Part shown: positions 49,741 to 61,971 of the stretch, one piece after another | How the letters are laid out: each line of letters opens with the position of its first letter | Position numbering within the stretch: position 1 is the first letter of the stretch | Assembly (NCBI RefSeq): GCF_035084215.1 | Contig: NC_090335.1 | Span: 54,312,001 to 54,376,000 of the forward strand | DNA: 64,000 nucleotides | Source: Heptranchias perlo | Lineage: Eukaryota | Direction: 5' to 3' | Translations under genes and position numbers: made by a program | The notes under the pieces: model-generated | Told to the model about the DNA's origin: nothing | Database searches by the model: none | Seen by the model: only the letters and a program-made list of their open reading frames with translations

Positions 49741-52700
49741 TAGTAGAAATCCACCAGTGAGACAAACTCTGTATTGTACTCTCCTTTGTTCTGCCAAATA
49801 TCAGGTTCCCTCTCCACAGTGATGCCAGACCAAAGTATCCCACCCCTGTTGCCAAACCCAGCAGCCCCACTGCAGTGCTATTAAAATCTAAGAGTCCCAC
49901 ACCAATTCTACCAAAGCTCAGGGCATCCCTCAGTGCAACCAAAGCCCAGGGCTGTGCTCTGTGCAGCTAAATCCCATTATCCCTCTTCAGCACTGCTAAA
50001 TACTAGATATCAAACTATTGCATCATGTACCATCTTGCAATGTATTCTCAGTTTTAAAACAGGTAAGGGATAAAAAATGAGTATATAAGGCAAAGAAATA
50101 TGTATATATATATAGCCACTCATTTACAGAATAATGAACAGCATCATGGAATTCAATCTCCAAAGCAGCAGTATATCATTTAATAAAAATGGAATTTGAC
50201 TTATTCAGCCCACTGTAAATCAATGGCCCTGCATGGCATAAACATCCCTTTGTTATAAAACAGTGTATCTTCCGACTCCCCATGAGCACTGCCAAAGAAA
50301 TCTGCTAGTACTGTATATATAAAAACAGCATTAAAAACAGCATGGATTGTGTCTCTTGGACATGATAAACTGTTTTCCTGTTTGAACCCAGTAAATTATG
50401 AAGCTGTTCTTTTTTACACTTGATACTCAATGCATTTAGAAACTTAGTAAAACAGTGCAGTTCTGTAGTTGAAATGTACTTTATATTAATTGGTAGCCTT
50501 AAAAAAACTACTTTAATAAAAAACTCTCATAAGCTTTCACTATTCAATGAAAGTCTACAGGTCTGGCAAAACTTGGCAGACTTTAATAATTAGATCAGTT
50601 TGCATGATAAGTGAGCATGTTTTCCATCGTTACTCACACATGGTTAAGAAGGACATAATTTCGTGAGGATTTCTAGCACACACAACCTTCAAAACAGTTT
50701 ATTTTATGCTCACAACACCAGCTCTATCTCTCTGCCCCTCCCATTGATTCAAAGGCTATTACTTAACTCTCCAACTACCTGTCTGCTGTCTGACATCAAG
50801 ACCTGGATAAGGTAAAAAATTCCTCCACCAAAACCATAACAACATTGCCCACCTCCTCCTCTACCTCTCCTCAATGATACTCCTTCCCTGGATTCTTTCA
50901 CCTTTCTACCTCTCTTCATGCTTTCAAAGCCTCCTCAAAACCCCTTTCTTCAACTATGCCATCAGCTTCCCATTCTAACCCTTTTCTTTTTCTCTCTCCT
51001 GCTTGAAATATGCTGATTTTTTTCCCCTCCTTAATGTAAACTCATTTGAGTCATCTTCCTGCTCATGAGGAATGCCACAGAAATGCAAGTTGTCGTTGTA
51101 TAAACTTGTTGACTAGTAGAAATCAAAAAGTAATTGCTTTAATTGCTAAACTACTACAGTAAATGAACCTTGCTCCAAAAGTACTTCCCATTTAATTGAT
51201 ATTTTAGTGGATTTACAGACATCCAATTAGAACGAGTATTTACAATGGTCTGTCTCAGGTGTAAAATACATATTTCTCTCTCTTTGGTAAATAAAGCCTG
51301 ATGTCAGGTTACATCACTGCTGACTGTAACCTCTAATAGTGCATGGAGTAAATTAATGAACCTGATAAACTAAATTCTATTTTAAAAATTTGAGTCAGTG
51401 AATGGCAGCATATGGTGAGATTTGTGACACTGTCGTCTGCATTTGTTATTCCATTCTCTGTACCAGTGCTCCAGCCAATTGCATTTGTTTTGTTTTTAAA
51501 TTCGTTTCATTGAGCTGTATTGAAAAAATACACTTATTGACTGAAAATTACAAATGCAGTTCTCCTGATGGCGCAGGGCAATAGTGGCCAAGCGGCAGCC
51601 CATGAGCTACGTGTGGCTCCTGAGCTTCAGAAATCCAGCCCTTGAAGTCAAGGCAGTTCAATCTTATATATGTTTATATCTGTTATTCGCTGGTTTGTGG
51701 TGTTTGAATTTTGTGGCCCTGGAGATTTGGGAATGGCTGTTCTTAGTGCTGTTACATTGTTATTGGATGAATCCTAAATCAGAACACCAAGTATTACTAA
51801 CTTGAGTAATATGAATATGAATGGAGATATTGATCTAAATTTGACATGATCCCTCCCCCCATCTCCCCCCCCCCACCCCCACCCCCACCCATGCTACACA
51901 CCTATGCAGCCAACAGATAAGAAACTTAGACACTCACTCAGGGAGTAAAGGTATCGTCCAGTATACGGCACTAAATAATACAGAGCAGAAGATTGTAGAT
52001 TCAGTCTGCACTCTATGCTGAATTGTTTGATCTCAGTCACCACAGATCACTGCCTGGCGGCCCCTGCATCCTCTGAGTAAGTTGGAGCTGTAAGTTGCCT
52101 TGGTGAATACAACACAGAGAGCCACAGAGAGAGAAGCTGAGCGAGACATTTCATAGAGTTATTTACCAGTGTCAGCAGTACACACACATTAAAATCAGCC
52201 ATCTCAAATTTCCCACTCTCTGGGGAGCCACACTCACTGATGATCTGCTGGTTTTAATGCACACATTCCACCAATGATAATTGACTCCCAGAAGAGTCCC
52301 ACACTCCCAAGCTCTCAGGTTAACATTGGAGGGCCATTCTCCACAAGTCAACACCTAATAGCACAATACAAAATAAATATATCTATAGCTCTGGTTCCTG
52401 CCAATTAGAATAGCGGTCCTGAGAGGGAGGCTATGTAATTGTTTCACTCCAATTGTCTAACACGCACAGCGAACAGAAAGAACAAGGACTAGAAATATAC
52501 GCTGGCTGTGATAAAGAACAAGAAATAATAGATACTCTGTCACATCAATATTCTAACACTGAAATTTTAGTAAAACACAATGAGATTTTATATTAATCAC
52601 AAGGAATGGCACATCATGGTATTTATCAAATAATCCAGTTCTGATTCTAGTGCCAATATCATAGTATCACTTCCAAAGCAATATCGATTTCCATTTTATT

Positions 52701-53069
52701 GATTAAATGGAGTCTATTACATTGTAGCGCTTTCAACTGTCACTCATTTTCAGTGAAAATCACCCATTCTGTTTAAAAATGTCAGCTATTTTGATGTATC
52801 ACCTTCTTAGAAATAAATCCATTTAGATGGACTTGCAAATGTCTCACTCTTAACTGTTACTCCAATATTTCTTCAATTTTGATGGCCCTGATGTTGTCTG
52901 GGTAGAAAAACAACATTGAAACATGCTTCTAAAGATGAAAATTAAGTGCTAAAGTTAGATGGTTGATTTACACTAAATCAGCCAATCTCCACTACAAAAT
53001 GTGTAAGAAAATCCACAAGTCAGTTACTTATCAAAGTTCCTTTTCTATATTTTCAGAACTTGTTAAATA

Positions 53070-53133
53070 ATGTTACTGCTGGGAAATCAAGGAGTCCAGC
53101 TTCCTTTCTTACTGCATATCCTTCTCAGTGCAG
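53070..53133 (+). CDS. Gene B leader exon (MLLLGNQGVQLPFLLHILLSA-)
   Basis: 21 codons +1 nt, donor CAG|GTAAGC, phase 1. An acceptor ttttctatattttcag ending at 53056 implies an upstream 5'UTR exon. Confidence 0.78.
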
Positions 53134-53669
53134 GTAAGCTTACAATGTCGTCTTCTAATTCATATTCGAAAGTTACAAAAATATTCTCCGATTGTTTTAC
53201 AGAATACATTTCCAAATCTTTAAACCTGAAAAGATATTCATTCTCCAACTCCATGGTCTTCATTCTCCCCTGCCTTCTCTGATTGATCCTCACTTCTCCT
53301 CCTCCCTCCTCCCCACCCTCTATTGTTACATTGTAGCTGGTTTTGGTGCAGGGATTTTATCCTGTTAATTGTTGTTTTATAACTGACTACTTAAACTTTT
53401 TCTGTTGAAATGGAGTTTCCACTGTTAAACTGACTTTCTCTTTCAGACGCCGATTAACCCATTGCGTACTTCCATCATTTTCTGTTTTCATTTCAAATTT
53501 CCAGTATGCAGCATTTTCTTTTTAAAATGCAGACTACAGTATTTATGCTTTTATGGTGCTGTTAAGAGAAGTTGATACCAAAGCAGAATCTAGTGGTACT
53601 GCAGCTGTTTAAACATACTAAAAACACAAAATGAGAAAAAGCATATTTGGCCCATGAACCCACTCCACA

Positions 53670-53975
53670 GGTGCAATCTTTCGGATGAGACCTTAAACTG
53701 AAGCCCCCTCTGCCCTCTCGGGTGGATGTAAAAGATCCTATTCGAAGAAGAGCAGGGGAGTTCTCCCCGGTGTCCTTCAACCAACATCATTAAAAACAGA
53801 TTATCTGGTCATTATCTCATTGCTGTTTGTGGGACCTTGCTGTGTGCAATTGGCTGCACCGTCTCCTACATTACAACATTGACTATACTACAAAAGTACT
53901 TCATTGGCTATAAAGCTTTTTGGGATGTCCTGAGGTCGTGAAAGGCAATAAGGTATATAAATGCAAGTTCTTTCT
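53670..53975 (+). mobile_element. DeuSINE/SacSINE1-like SINE (5'-truncated)
   Basis: Central tttcggatgagac..ggtggatgtaaaagatcc..gaagaagagcaggggagttctcc domain and L2-like tail. Confidence 0.75.
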
Positions 53976-54019
53976 TTTGTTCTTTCACTATCTGGTGGCA
54001 ATCATGGAAATTTGTTCTT

Positions 54020-54985
54020 TATATTAATGATTTGGATGAGAATTTAGGAGGCATGGTTAGTAAGTTTGCAGATGACACCAAGATTGGTGGCATTGTGGAC
54101 AGTGAAGAAGGTTATCTAGGATTGCAACGGGATCTTGATAAATTGGGCCAGTGGGCCGATGAATGGCAGATGGAGTTTAATTTAGATAAATGTGAGGTGA
54201 TGCATTTTGGTAGATCAAATCGGGCCAGGACCTACTCCGTTAATGGTAGGGCGTTGGGGAGAGTTATAGAACAAAGAGATCTAGGAGTACAGGTTCATAG
54301 CTCCTTGAAAGTGGAGTCACAGGTGGATAGGGTGGTGAAGAAGGCATTCAGCATGCTTGGTTTCATTGGTCAGAACATTGAATACAGGAGTTGGGATGTC
54401 TTGTTGAAGTTGTACAAGACATTAGTTCGGCCACACTTGGAATACTGTGTACAGTTATGGTCACCCTATTATAGAAAGGATATTATTAAACTAGAAAGAG
54501 TGCAGAAAAGATTTTCTAGGATGCTACCGGGACTTGATGGTTTGACTTATAGGGAGAGGTTGGATAGGCTGAGACTTTTTTCCCTGGAGAGTAGGAGGTT
54601 TAGGGGTGATCTTATAGAAGTCTATAAAATAATGAGGGGCATAGATAAGGTAGATAGTCAAAATCTTTTCCCAAAGGTAGGGGAGTCTATAATGAGGGGG
54701 CATAGATTTAAGGTGAGAGGGGAGAGATACAAAAGGGTCCAGAGGGGCAATTTTTTCACTCAAAGGGTGGTGAGTGTCTGGAACGAGCTGCCAGAGGCAG
54801 TAGTAGAGGCGGGTACTATTTTGTCTTTTAAAAAGCATTTGGACAGTTACATGGGTAAGATGGGTATAGAGGGATATGGGCCAAGTGCAGGCAATTGGGA
54901 CTAGCTTAGTGGTATAAACTGGGCGACATGGATATGTTGGGCCGAAGGGCCTGTTTCCATGTTGTAAACTTCTATGATTCTATGA
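54020..54985 (+). mobile_element. Young 5'-truncated CR1 with open ORF2 C-terminus (54032..54904), in gene B intron
   Basis: SKFADDTKIGG...LYKTLVRPHLEYCVQ...; 290 uninterrupted codons; (TTCTATGA)n tail. Confidence 0.93.
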
Positions 54986-55777
54986 AATGTATAGAGTTAA
55001 TTTGGGAGTGTATAGTGCAATTTTAAAATGGAAATGCGTTATGTTCTGCTTCTGTAAAATTAAAGGGGCTGCTTTTCATTACTAGTGTGTGATTCGGAAC
55101 TGATGCAAATTACACCAGAATGGTTATTTTAGTAGCCCTTAAATTTTGTATAATTATTGACAGCCTCAGGTGCAGATTTGAGTATGTGCAGAGAACATAT
55201 TAGTGCTAGGAGCAGAAAATCAAGTTCCCAATATAATTCATACATTTGGATATAGAGAAAGAAAAATGTGCACTTATACAGTGGCTAACCATGTCTCGCG
55301 GAAATGTCGCAAAGCACTACATATAGAATGAATTACATTGTGCAGTTATTATTTTTATGGTTAAATGTGGCTACTACTTTGCACATAACAAATTCCCACA
55401 AACAGCAGAGATGAATGATTAATTAATTTGTTTTTTTCTGGTGGTGGTGAAGAGAAGAATGCTGACTAGGATGTTTTCATATATGAATGGATGCCACAAA
55501 AAATCAGATTAATATCATAATTGCTGAGAAAATTTTTGGTAAGCTGAGAAAAGATAAAATGCAATAACTAATTTAAAATACTCAGAGCTTTTTCAAATCA
55601 TTGAAAGTTTCATTTTCTAAATAAAAGTATTCCATGAATTCGGTGCTTTGTATTGTGACGTTTTAATGCGGCCAGCGGGACTTCATGGTACACAGTAAAA
55701 TGGCCCACTAAGTTTGTACACCTATACCATAGTGTAAAGTTATACAACAGTCCACAGGTTATACTGGTAGATTCATT

Positions 55778-56478
55778 AGGGGAAATTTTAACACTGCTGT
55801 CCGGCAGAAACAGAGAGGGTGTGCAGTTAAACTTGCCCGTGGGACTTACCCGGCTGAGATCCCACTGTCCTCCCACAGGTTCCGATTTTAACCTCTTCTG
55901 AGCAGGTGAGAGAGGCTTTTACCAGAAACCAGTGGGGACCTTCTTTAAATATGCAGAGCGGGTTCTGATGATGTCAGCGAGGCCCAACTGCTATTTTAAT
56001 CCGAGGCTTGTGCAGGGAAGCCGTTGTGGTTTTCTTGCCAGGCCATCCTAGTGGGAAGAGGAGTAAGGGCCAGAAGAGGCCCAAAAAGGTAAGACTGTTT
56101 AATTTTTTTGACATTACTTGTGGGGCCAGGGGGAGCTGGAGTTCTCCTGCAGGCCCCATAAGGAAAGTTTAGGCCTCCCCAGCCCCAGGCTCCCCCCACT
56201 CCCCCACCCCTTCACCAACCCGCGACCGTAAAGCTCTCCCAAACCTCCATCCAGTCACTTACCTAAGTGCAGGATACCCGTTCCTTTTGTCCCAGGCAGC
56301 GGCCTGCTGCCGCCAGACATTTCGCTCCTGCCCACTGGCCAGCTGCCACTTCCCACTGGTTTCAACGGGAAACTAAATTCTCCTTGGCTTCACGCTGCTG
56401 AGATATGGACAGTTTGCCGCCCATTGTATACTTCCAGCCCCTTCCTGAACAACTGCTGCCCCAAGTTAAAATCAGAGC
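55778..56478. mobile_element. Degenerate Harbinger-type MITE
   Basis: GGGGGAAATTTTAAC start, GTTAAAATC end, shared internal gtggggccagg motif. Confidence 0.5.
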
Positions 56479-56744
56479 TACTTTTTTTTTTACTGACAGT
56501 CAGATCAGATCCTGAACTTCCAAAGCCATTTTCGGCATATCAGGACCTGATTTACAGAATATTAGAGTGTGCTGCTCTCTCTTAAAATCAGCAGTGTGTA
56601 AACACTGAGAGCTTCATTTGATTACCATCAAGATGAACTGAACCTTGTTTTTAAATGGGTTGATCTGTGATGTGTAAGCAGAGTGACGGGGTTAGTAATG
56701 CTGGATATTCTACACAACTAATTATTATGTTTGTTTTGCCCAAG

Positions 56745-57110
56745 GAGAAAGCCGAAACCTGACAGTTTCACAGACACCATCTGTGATCAAAGCACTAAAA
56801 GGACAGACAGTGAAAATAAACTGTTTGTACAACAGTGAAGACGAAGAACAGTTCAGGATTAAATGGGGAAAAAATAACAGTGCACAAAAGCTATGTGATT
56901 ATACTTACAATCAAAGTAAAAGAAAATATACATCATGGCATTGTACAGAACGTGTAAACATTACACTGGACCTCTCAACAAACTCGTCATCTTTAATAAT
57001 CTACAATCTTCATTTAAATGACTCTGACATTTACTTCTGCAAGGTTTCTATTGAAATACCTCCGCCTACACAAACAGCACAAGGTAGTGGCACGCACCTA
57101 ACAGTGGAAG
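56745..57110 (+). CDS. Gene B Ig V-set exon with J-like G strand
   Basis: Acceptor ttgttttgcccaag|GA, donor GAAG|GTGAGC, 366 nt, phase 1-1. LTVSQTP...VKINC...IKW...LHLNDSDIYFCKVSIEIPPPTQTAQGSGTHLTVE. Confidence 0.93.
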
Positions 57111-57652
57111 GTGAGCTTTTTTTAATTAAAAAACTTAAGAGAATGCCCATAATACAAGTCGATACCAAAATTGCAAAGATTAAGAGCTAAAACAAGAAGT
57201 ATTTACTCCTACATTTCTTATTTTCTACATTACAACAGTGACTACACTTCAAAACGTATTTAATTGGCTGTAAAGTGCTTAGGTCACGAAAGGCGCTCTA
57301 TAAATGTACATCTTTCTTTCTTCTTTCTATCTTGGTAGATGACACCAAGCTTGTGTTTGTAAATCATGCAGCTTGTAAGAAGAAGAGACGACTGAGGAGA
57401 GGGAAGAAGTTTCACGGTGTTTTGTTCCTGGGAGTGAGAGTTAAAGATCAGAGATGCAAGAATCTTAGTTGTATCAATGAAATGGAAAAGGCAAAAAAGA
57501 GGCTGGCAGAGAAAGAGAATTTGAAGGCTAAAAGTCCGAAAAGGAGAGCTTATTTTTCTTCTTCTCAGTAAGTGTGAGAGAGATGATGGAAGAGATATGG
57601 GAGCTGGTGTTTCGGTTTAGGATAGACTTAGAGTTTATAGAGAGTTAAGCTT

Positions 57653-58350
57653 GGGGGAGATTTTAATCTTGGGCGGTAGCACAAAGCGTGCAATGACAAA
57701 TTGGCAGCCCATTTTACACATCGCCTATTTCTTTTCCATTGATTTCATGCATGCATCAGGATCCTATGGCTTACATACGACCATGTTTGCAATTTTAGGA
57801 CAGCACTGGGTGGAACTTGCACAGTGTGTCTTCTGCCCAATATCAGCTGGTGGTCCAGTTGAAGAAAAAAGAAAGACTTGCATTTAAATAGCGCCTTTCA
57901 CGGCCTCAGGATGACCCAAAACGCTTTGCAGCCAAAGAAGTAATGAATAATAATAAGCAATGTAGAGGAGATGACAGGTAAGTTGATGTTCATTTTTGTG
58001 GGGCCAGGAGGAGCAGAAGTGTTCCTCTGGGCTCCACAAAACCAGCCTGGGCCGCTGCCGTTCCCGGTCCCCTCTCCCGAGATAGCCCTTCTCCTCCACG
58101 GACCAACGGTGGGCCCAATGTCCTCCTTCTGTGCTGTAAGGTACTCTAATACTACGGTACCTTTTACTAGCCCGAAGGCTGCATAATATTGCGACAACCC
58201 GGAATTGGCGGGCTGATCAGGGGTCCTCATTTTGTACCCGCAGCCCGCCTGCTGAATGCTAATGGCAAACTGTGCCGGGATTATCGGATGACAGACTGGC
58301 ACACTCCACCAGCTGGCTACCCAAAGTCCGCTCAGGGTGAAAATCTACCC
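57653..58350. mobile_element. Degenerate Harbinger-type MITE with nested SINE tail (~57870-57935)
   Basis: GGGGAGATTTT start, AAAATCTACCC end. Confidence 0.45.
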
Positions 58351-58429
58351 GTAAGTTCCTTTGAGGCAGCCTTTGCACTGAAGCAGATCGGGGAGATCCA
58401 TTTGAGGTCAGAGGAAATAGTGACTATCA

Positions 58430-58800
58430 ATAGAGCAAGGAAGGAAATTTATGTAGTGCCTTATCATGTCCCACAGTGCTTCACATTCAATGGATTACTT
58501 TTTGAAGTGTGTTCACTGTTGTACATAGGCAAATGCGGCAGACAAGTTGCACACAGCAAGATTCCACAAACAACAAATGAAATGAGTGACCAGTTAATCA
58601 GTTTTTGATGGTATTAGTTGATGGAGAAATTTTGGCTAGGACACCAGGAGAATTTCCTGCTCTTCTTCACATAGTGCCATGGGATTTTTACATCCACCTG
58701 AAAAGGCAGGCAGGGCCTTGGCTGCACCACTGACAATGCATCTATGGTCAAGTCCCAGAGTGGGATTTGAATGCACCACTTTCTGACTCAAAAGTGAGGG
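58430..58800 (-). mobile_element. Old DeuSINE-like SINE
   Basis: Diverged match to the 60030-60247 and 63680-64000 copies. Confidence 0.6.
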
Positions 58801-59567
58801 ATAAGACTAAGGATGGAGCCATCAAGGGTAAGAAATAATGATTTGTTGGACTTCCACAATTCAAAATCTCAATGTATTTATCACACTTTTAATTTTATAC
58901 AGTTTCTACTTCATAATCAGCATTAACTCAGCATGTTTCAGTAACAGAACTTAAACAAAAATAAGGACAGGAAGCACACAATGGACAATCTATTCCAGCA
59001 TCTTGAATAAACAGCAGTATGTTTCAAAGACAATTTTTTTCTCAGATTCAGTAGATTTCTGATATGCTGATAATGGAATTTATCATTTCATATAAGAATC
59101 TAAACCCCATGTACTCAATTGAGGGGAAAGGAAACACGGTTAGCCATTTTATGCCTGTCGTGGTCACATAGTCTGCTGCTGTTTTGGTCATTATTATACT
59201 TCATGATCGCCATATTGTACAAAATGATATCGCTCCTTTCAACTGAACTAAAATTAACTGTAACTAAAATAAACCAACATGTGCTGATAACATTAACTGT
59301 ATCCTTATTAAAAGCAATGACGATGAATTAAGGTTTTGACCTGGATTCACAGTCATTCCCATTAATAACATGGTGACAGCCTTTTCCAATTTTCTTATTT
59401 CTGAAGTTGCCTTTTTGATACAGGCCTCACAGTAATGCATAACGTAACTTTAATTAAGCAGTTCCTAAATCTCACAAAGTAACAGTTGAAGATAGCAGCA
59501 GAAAAAAATGACAGGCAGCGTGAACAATGGAAATAAAAGGTCTAATAACGTTGCAATTGAATTTCAG

Positions 59568-59873
59568 CTCGTCCAACGGTCCAGTTAAGAGCAAAGACTC
59601 TACCTTTCCCTAATGAAGGTATGCAGCTAGTCTGCGCATCGCTGGGATTCTATCCCGTCGGAATTCGAATGTCCTGGTTTAAAGAAGGACAGTTAATCAC
59701 CAACGAGACTGACGACGGGACCCTCTACACTAACAGTGACGGCTCATTTTCCATCACAGGTTTTCTGAATCTTTCTGTATCTGACTGGAATGAAGGTGCA
59801 AATTATTCCTGTCAGGTGAACCACTCCACACTCCCTACACCCATCACTAAATGGATTTCTGTCAGGAACCCAG
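59568..59873 (+). CDS. Gene B Ig C1-set exon
   Basis: Acceptor tttcag|CT, donor CCAG|GTAAGA, 306 nt, phase 1-1. LVCASLGFYPVGIRMSWFKEG...NSDGSFS...DWNEGANYSCQVNHSTL. Confidence 0.93.
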
Positions 59874-60027
59874 GTAAGAAGAGCTGTGTGGTCTATTATA
59901 CAGATATTATTAAATATCAGTAAAATACATGACATTGATTGAAGACGATGTTTTAACTTCTGATTAGCATCACTGGACAGCATCCTTTATCTGTTTTTTG
60001 GCGCTGGGTGAGAGAGTAATGGTTATC

Positions 60028-60247
60028 AAGACAACTGGAGAACTCCCTGCTCTTCGTTAAATAGTGCCATGAGATCTTTAATGTCCACCTGAACAGGGGC
60101 TTTTGTTTAATGTCTCATCCATAGATTGTCACCAGCTCCCTCACTGAAGTGTTAGTCTAGATTGTGTACTCAGGTCCTGGGGTGAGGCTTGAGCCCATAG
60201 CCTTCTGACTCAGAGGCGAGAGTGCTACCAACTGAGCCAAGCTGACA
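60028..60247 (-). mobile_element. tRNA-derived DeuSINE-like SINE, 5' half
   Basis: Minus strand starts GTCAGCTTGGCTCAGTTGGTAG (A box) ... GGGCTCAAGCC (B-box-like), followed by the central domain. Confidence 0.75.
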
Positions 60248-61190
60248 TCCATAAAATCAATTCCTTTGAATCATTTCCAAAATAATCTCACAAATATTTT
60301 GAATGCTGCAGGAAGGGAGTAAAAGAGCTTTCTCAGCAGTGTTTTCAAGGAAAGCAAAATTATGCTGATTTTGTGCTAAAAACTCAAATGAACTACAAGC
60401 TAAAGACAGCCATCCACACAGATCCAAGCCTTGGCATCAAGTTTTCATAATATATAATGAGATACATTTTCAAATCCCAATTAATTTGAAACATTAAATT
60501 TCTAATCCAAACATTGCCAGTGGAAATCTAATCTCAATCCCAAAAATCCAATTCCAAGTGCATATAGCGGCAAAAAAAAACAAAGCTTTTTTTTTCTTTT
60601 TGCACCACAAATCTTTTTATTTACTTCTTTTTCTTTCATTTCCTTCTTGCTTTCATTTCAACTTTTAATTTCTTTCTCTCTGTCATTTCCATTTTGTTTC
60701 ATTTCTTTATTCACTGTTTTTCTCCTCACTTTCTGTGCCCAAGATAGGCGTGCAGGCCTGGCCTCTATAGTTTAACAGCCATCCTTCTACCAGCAGAGGG
60801 TACTGACATAATTTACAATGTGAAAGCAAGTGGCAATTTTGAGTGGTGATAAAATGGGGCAGCAACTGCTACAGATGTGGCAAGGATTGGAAACAGCAGA
60901 ATTAAATTGATATTTTTACACATCAGTTGGTGTATTTTTAGTTCCACCCATATGAAAGTTTGGAGCACTTAAACAACAGATATTGGCCAATAATGAATTA
61001 CAATTGTAAATATAACTTTATAGAGTGGAGAAAATAAAACTTAATTATACCCATATTCTCAGCAGCCAGATGATAATATTGTGGTAAAAATTCTCCATTA
61101 AAGACAATGTGCTGATATTGGAACAGTGTTATATCAAAGTCTGCTCATTGGTGGATAGTCATGTGATGCCTTATCAATAACTCTTCACAG

Positions 61191-61300
61191 ATGAAACTGA
61201 TGGCAACAGTATTACAAGGACAATTGTACTGAGAGTCACTATCCTTGGTGTGGCAACACTGATTCTGATGGTAGCATTTGCTTTATATTTCAGACTTCAT
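61191..61300 (+). CDS. Gene B transmembrane exon with intramembrane Arg (DETDGNSITRTIVLRVTILGVATLILMVAFALYFRLH)
   Basis: Absent from the ORF track. Acceptor ctcttcacag|AT (phase 1), donor CAT|GTAAGT (phase 0); hand translation gives a hydrophobic helix. Confidence 0.85.
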
Positions 61301-61853
61301 GTAAGTACTCTCATTTATTATCATTTTAAGAAATATGTGGTGTCTACTGGGTCACTAGATTTCTCCCTTGATTAGTAGGCACTGCGTGGAATTTCCATTT
61401 TAACTTATCCAATTTGCACCATTTTAATTTAATTTTTGCTTTAAAAAAGCTCAGGCTGGCCAAATCCCTCCCCAAATTTTTTTTAGTGGCATTGCCTCTT
61501 GAAGGGGAGATATTTGTTTGTATTCCATTGGGATTAGTTTCTCCTAACCTCACAAGTTCACCAGCCTGCTTAAAATAGGATGTGTGCTTTATATATCTAT
61601 ATATGTCTGGTCGCTGGCTGTGCAATGAACAACCCCAGGTATAACGGGCATCCCTGTTCTCCCATAAAAAATCATTCATCATACTGAATAATGTCTCTAA
61701 AAGCGAACTGGATCAATAGCTAGTCATAAGAAGAGATGATCAAATGTAGAATACAATTGGTCATCCTAGAATAATGTTACGTATTATAATGTTAGACAGA
61801 GTTTGGGGGTTTGCCCTTCTTTGAGATTTTGTGGGTGATTATTATTCCATCAG

Positions 61854-61865
61854 GAGATTAAATAA
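61854..61865 (+). CDS. Candidate gene B terminal coding micro-exon (EIK*)
   Basis: Acceptor-like ttattccatcag|GAG ATT AAA TAA in phase 0. Alternatives are intron read-through to TAG at 61373-61375 or an exon outside the window. Confidence 0.3.
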   Translation, partial: EIK

Positions 61866-61971
61866 ATTAGAGAAAGCCCATGATAATGTAAATTGTACCC
61901 AATGGAACATTTTTGAAAGCGGAATGGTCTTTTTGCATTTTGTGCTTTGTGGGGTGTATATTCCTCCATTC

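Noticed and set aside
56745-59873. Rearranging Ig light chain or TCR locus
   Set aside because: V and J-like strands are in one germline exon that ends in a normal splice donor. No adjacent heptamer/nonamer RSS was seen, the canonical FGxG/WGxG is absent, and each V has its own C1 and TM.
60170-60247. tRNA gene
   Set aside because: The A/B-box head continues directly into SINE body sequence repeated elsewhere in the window.
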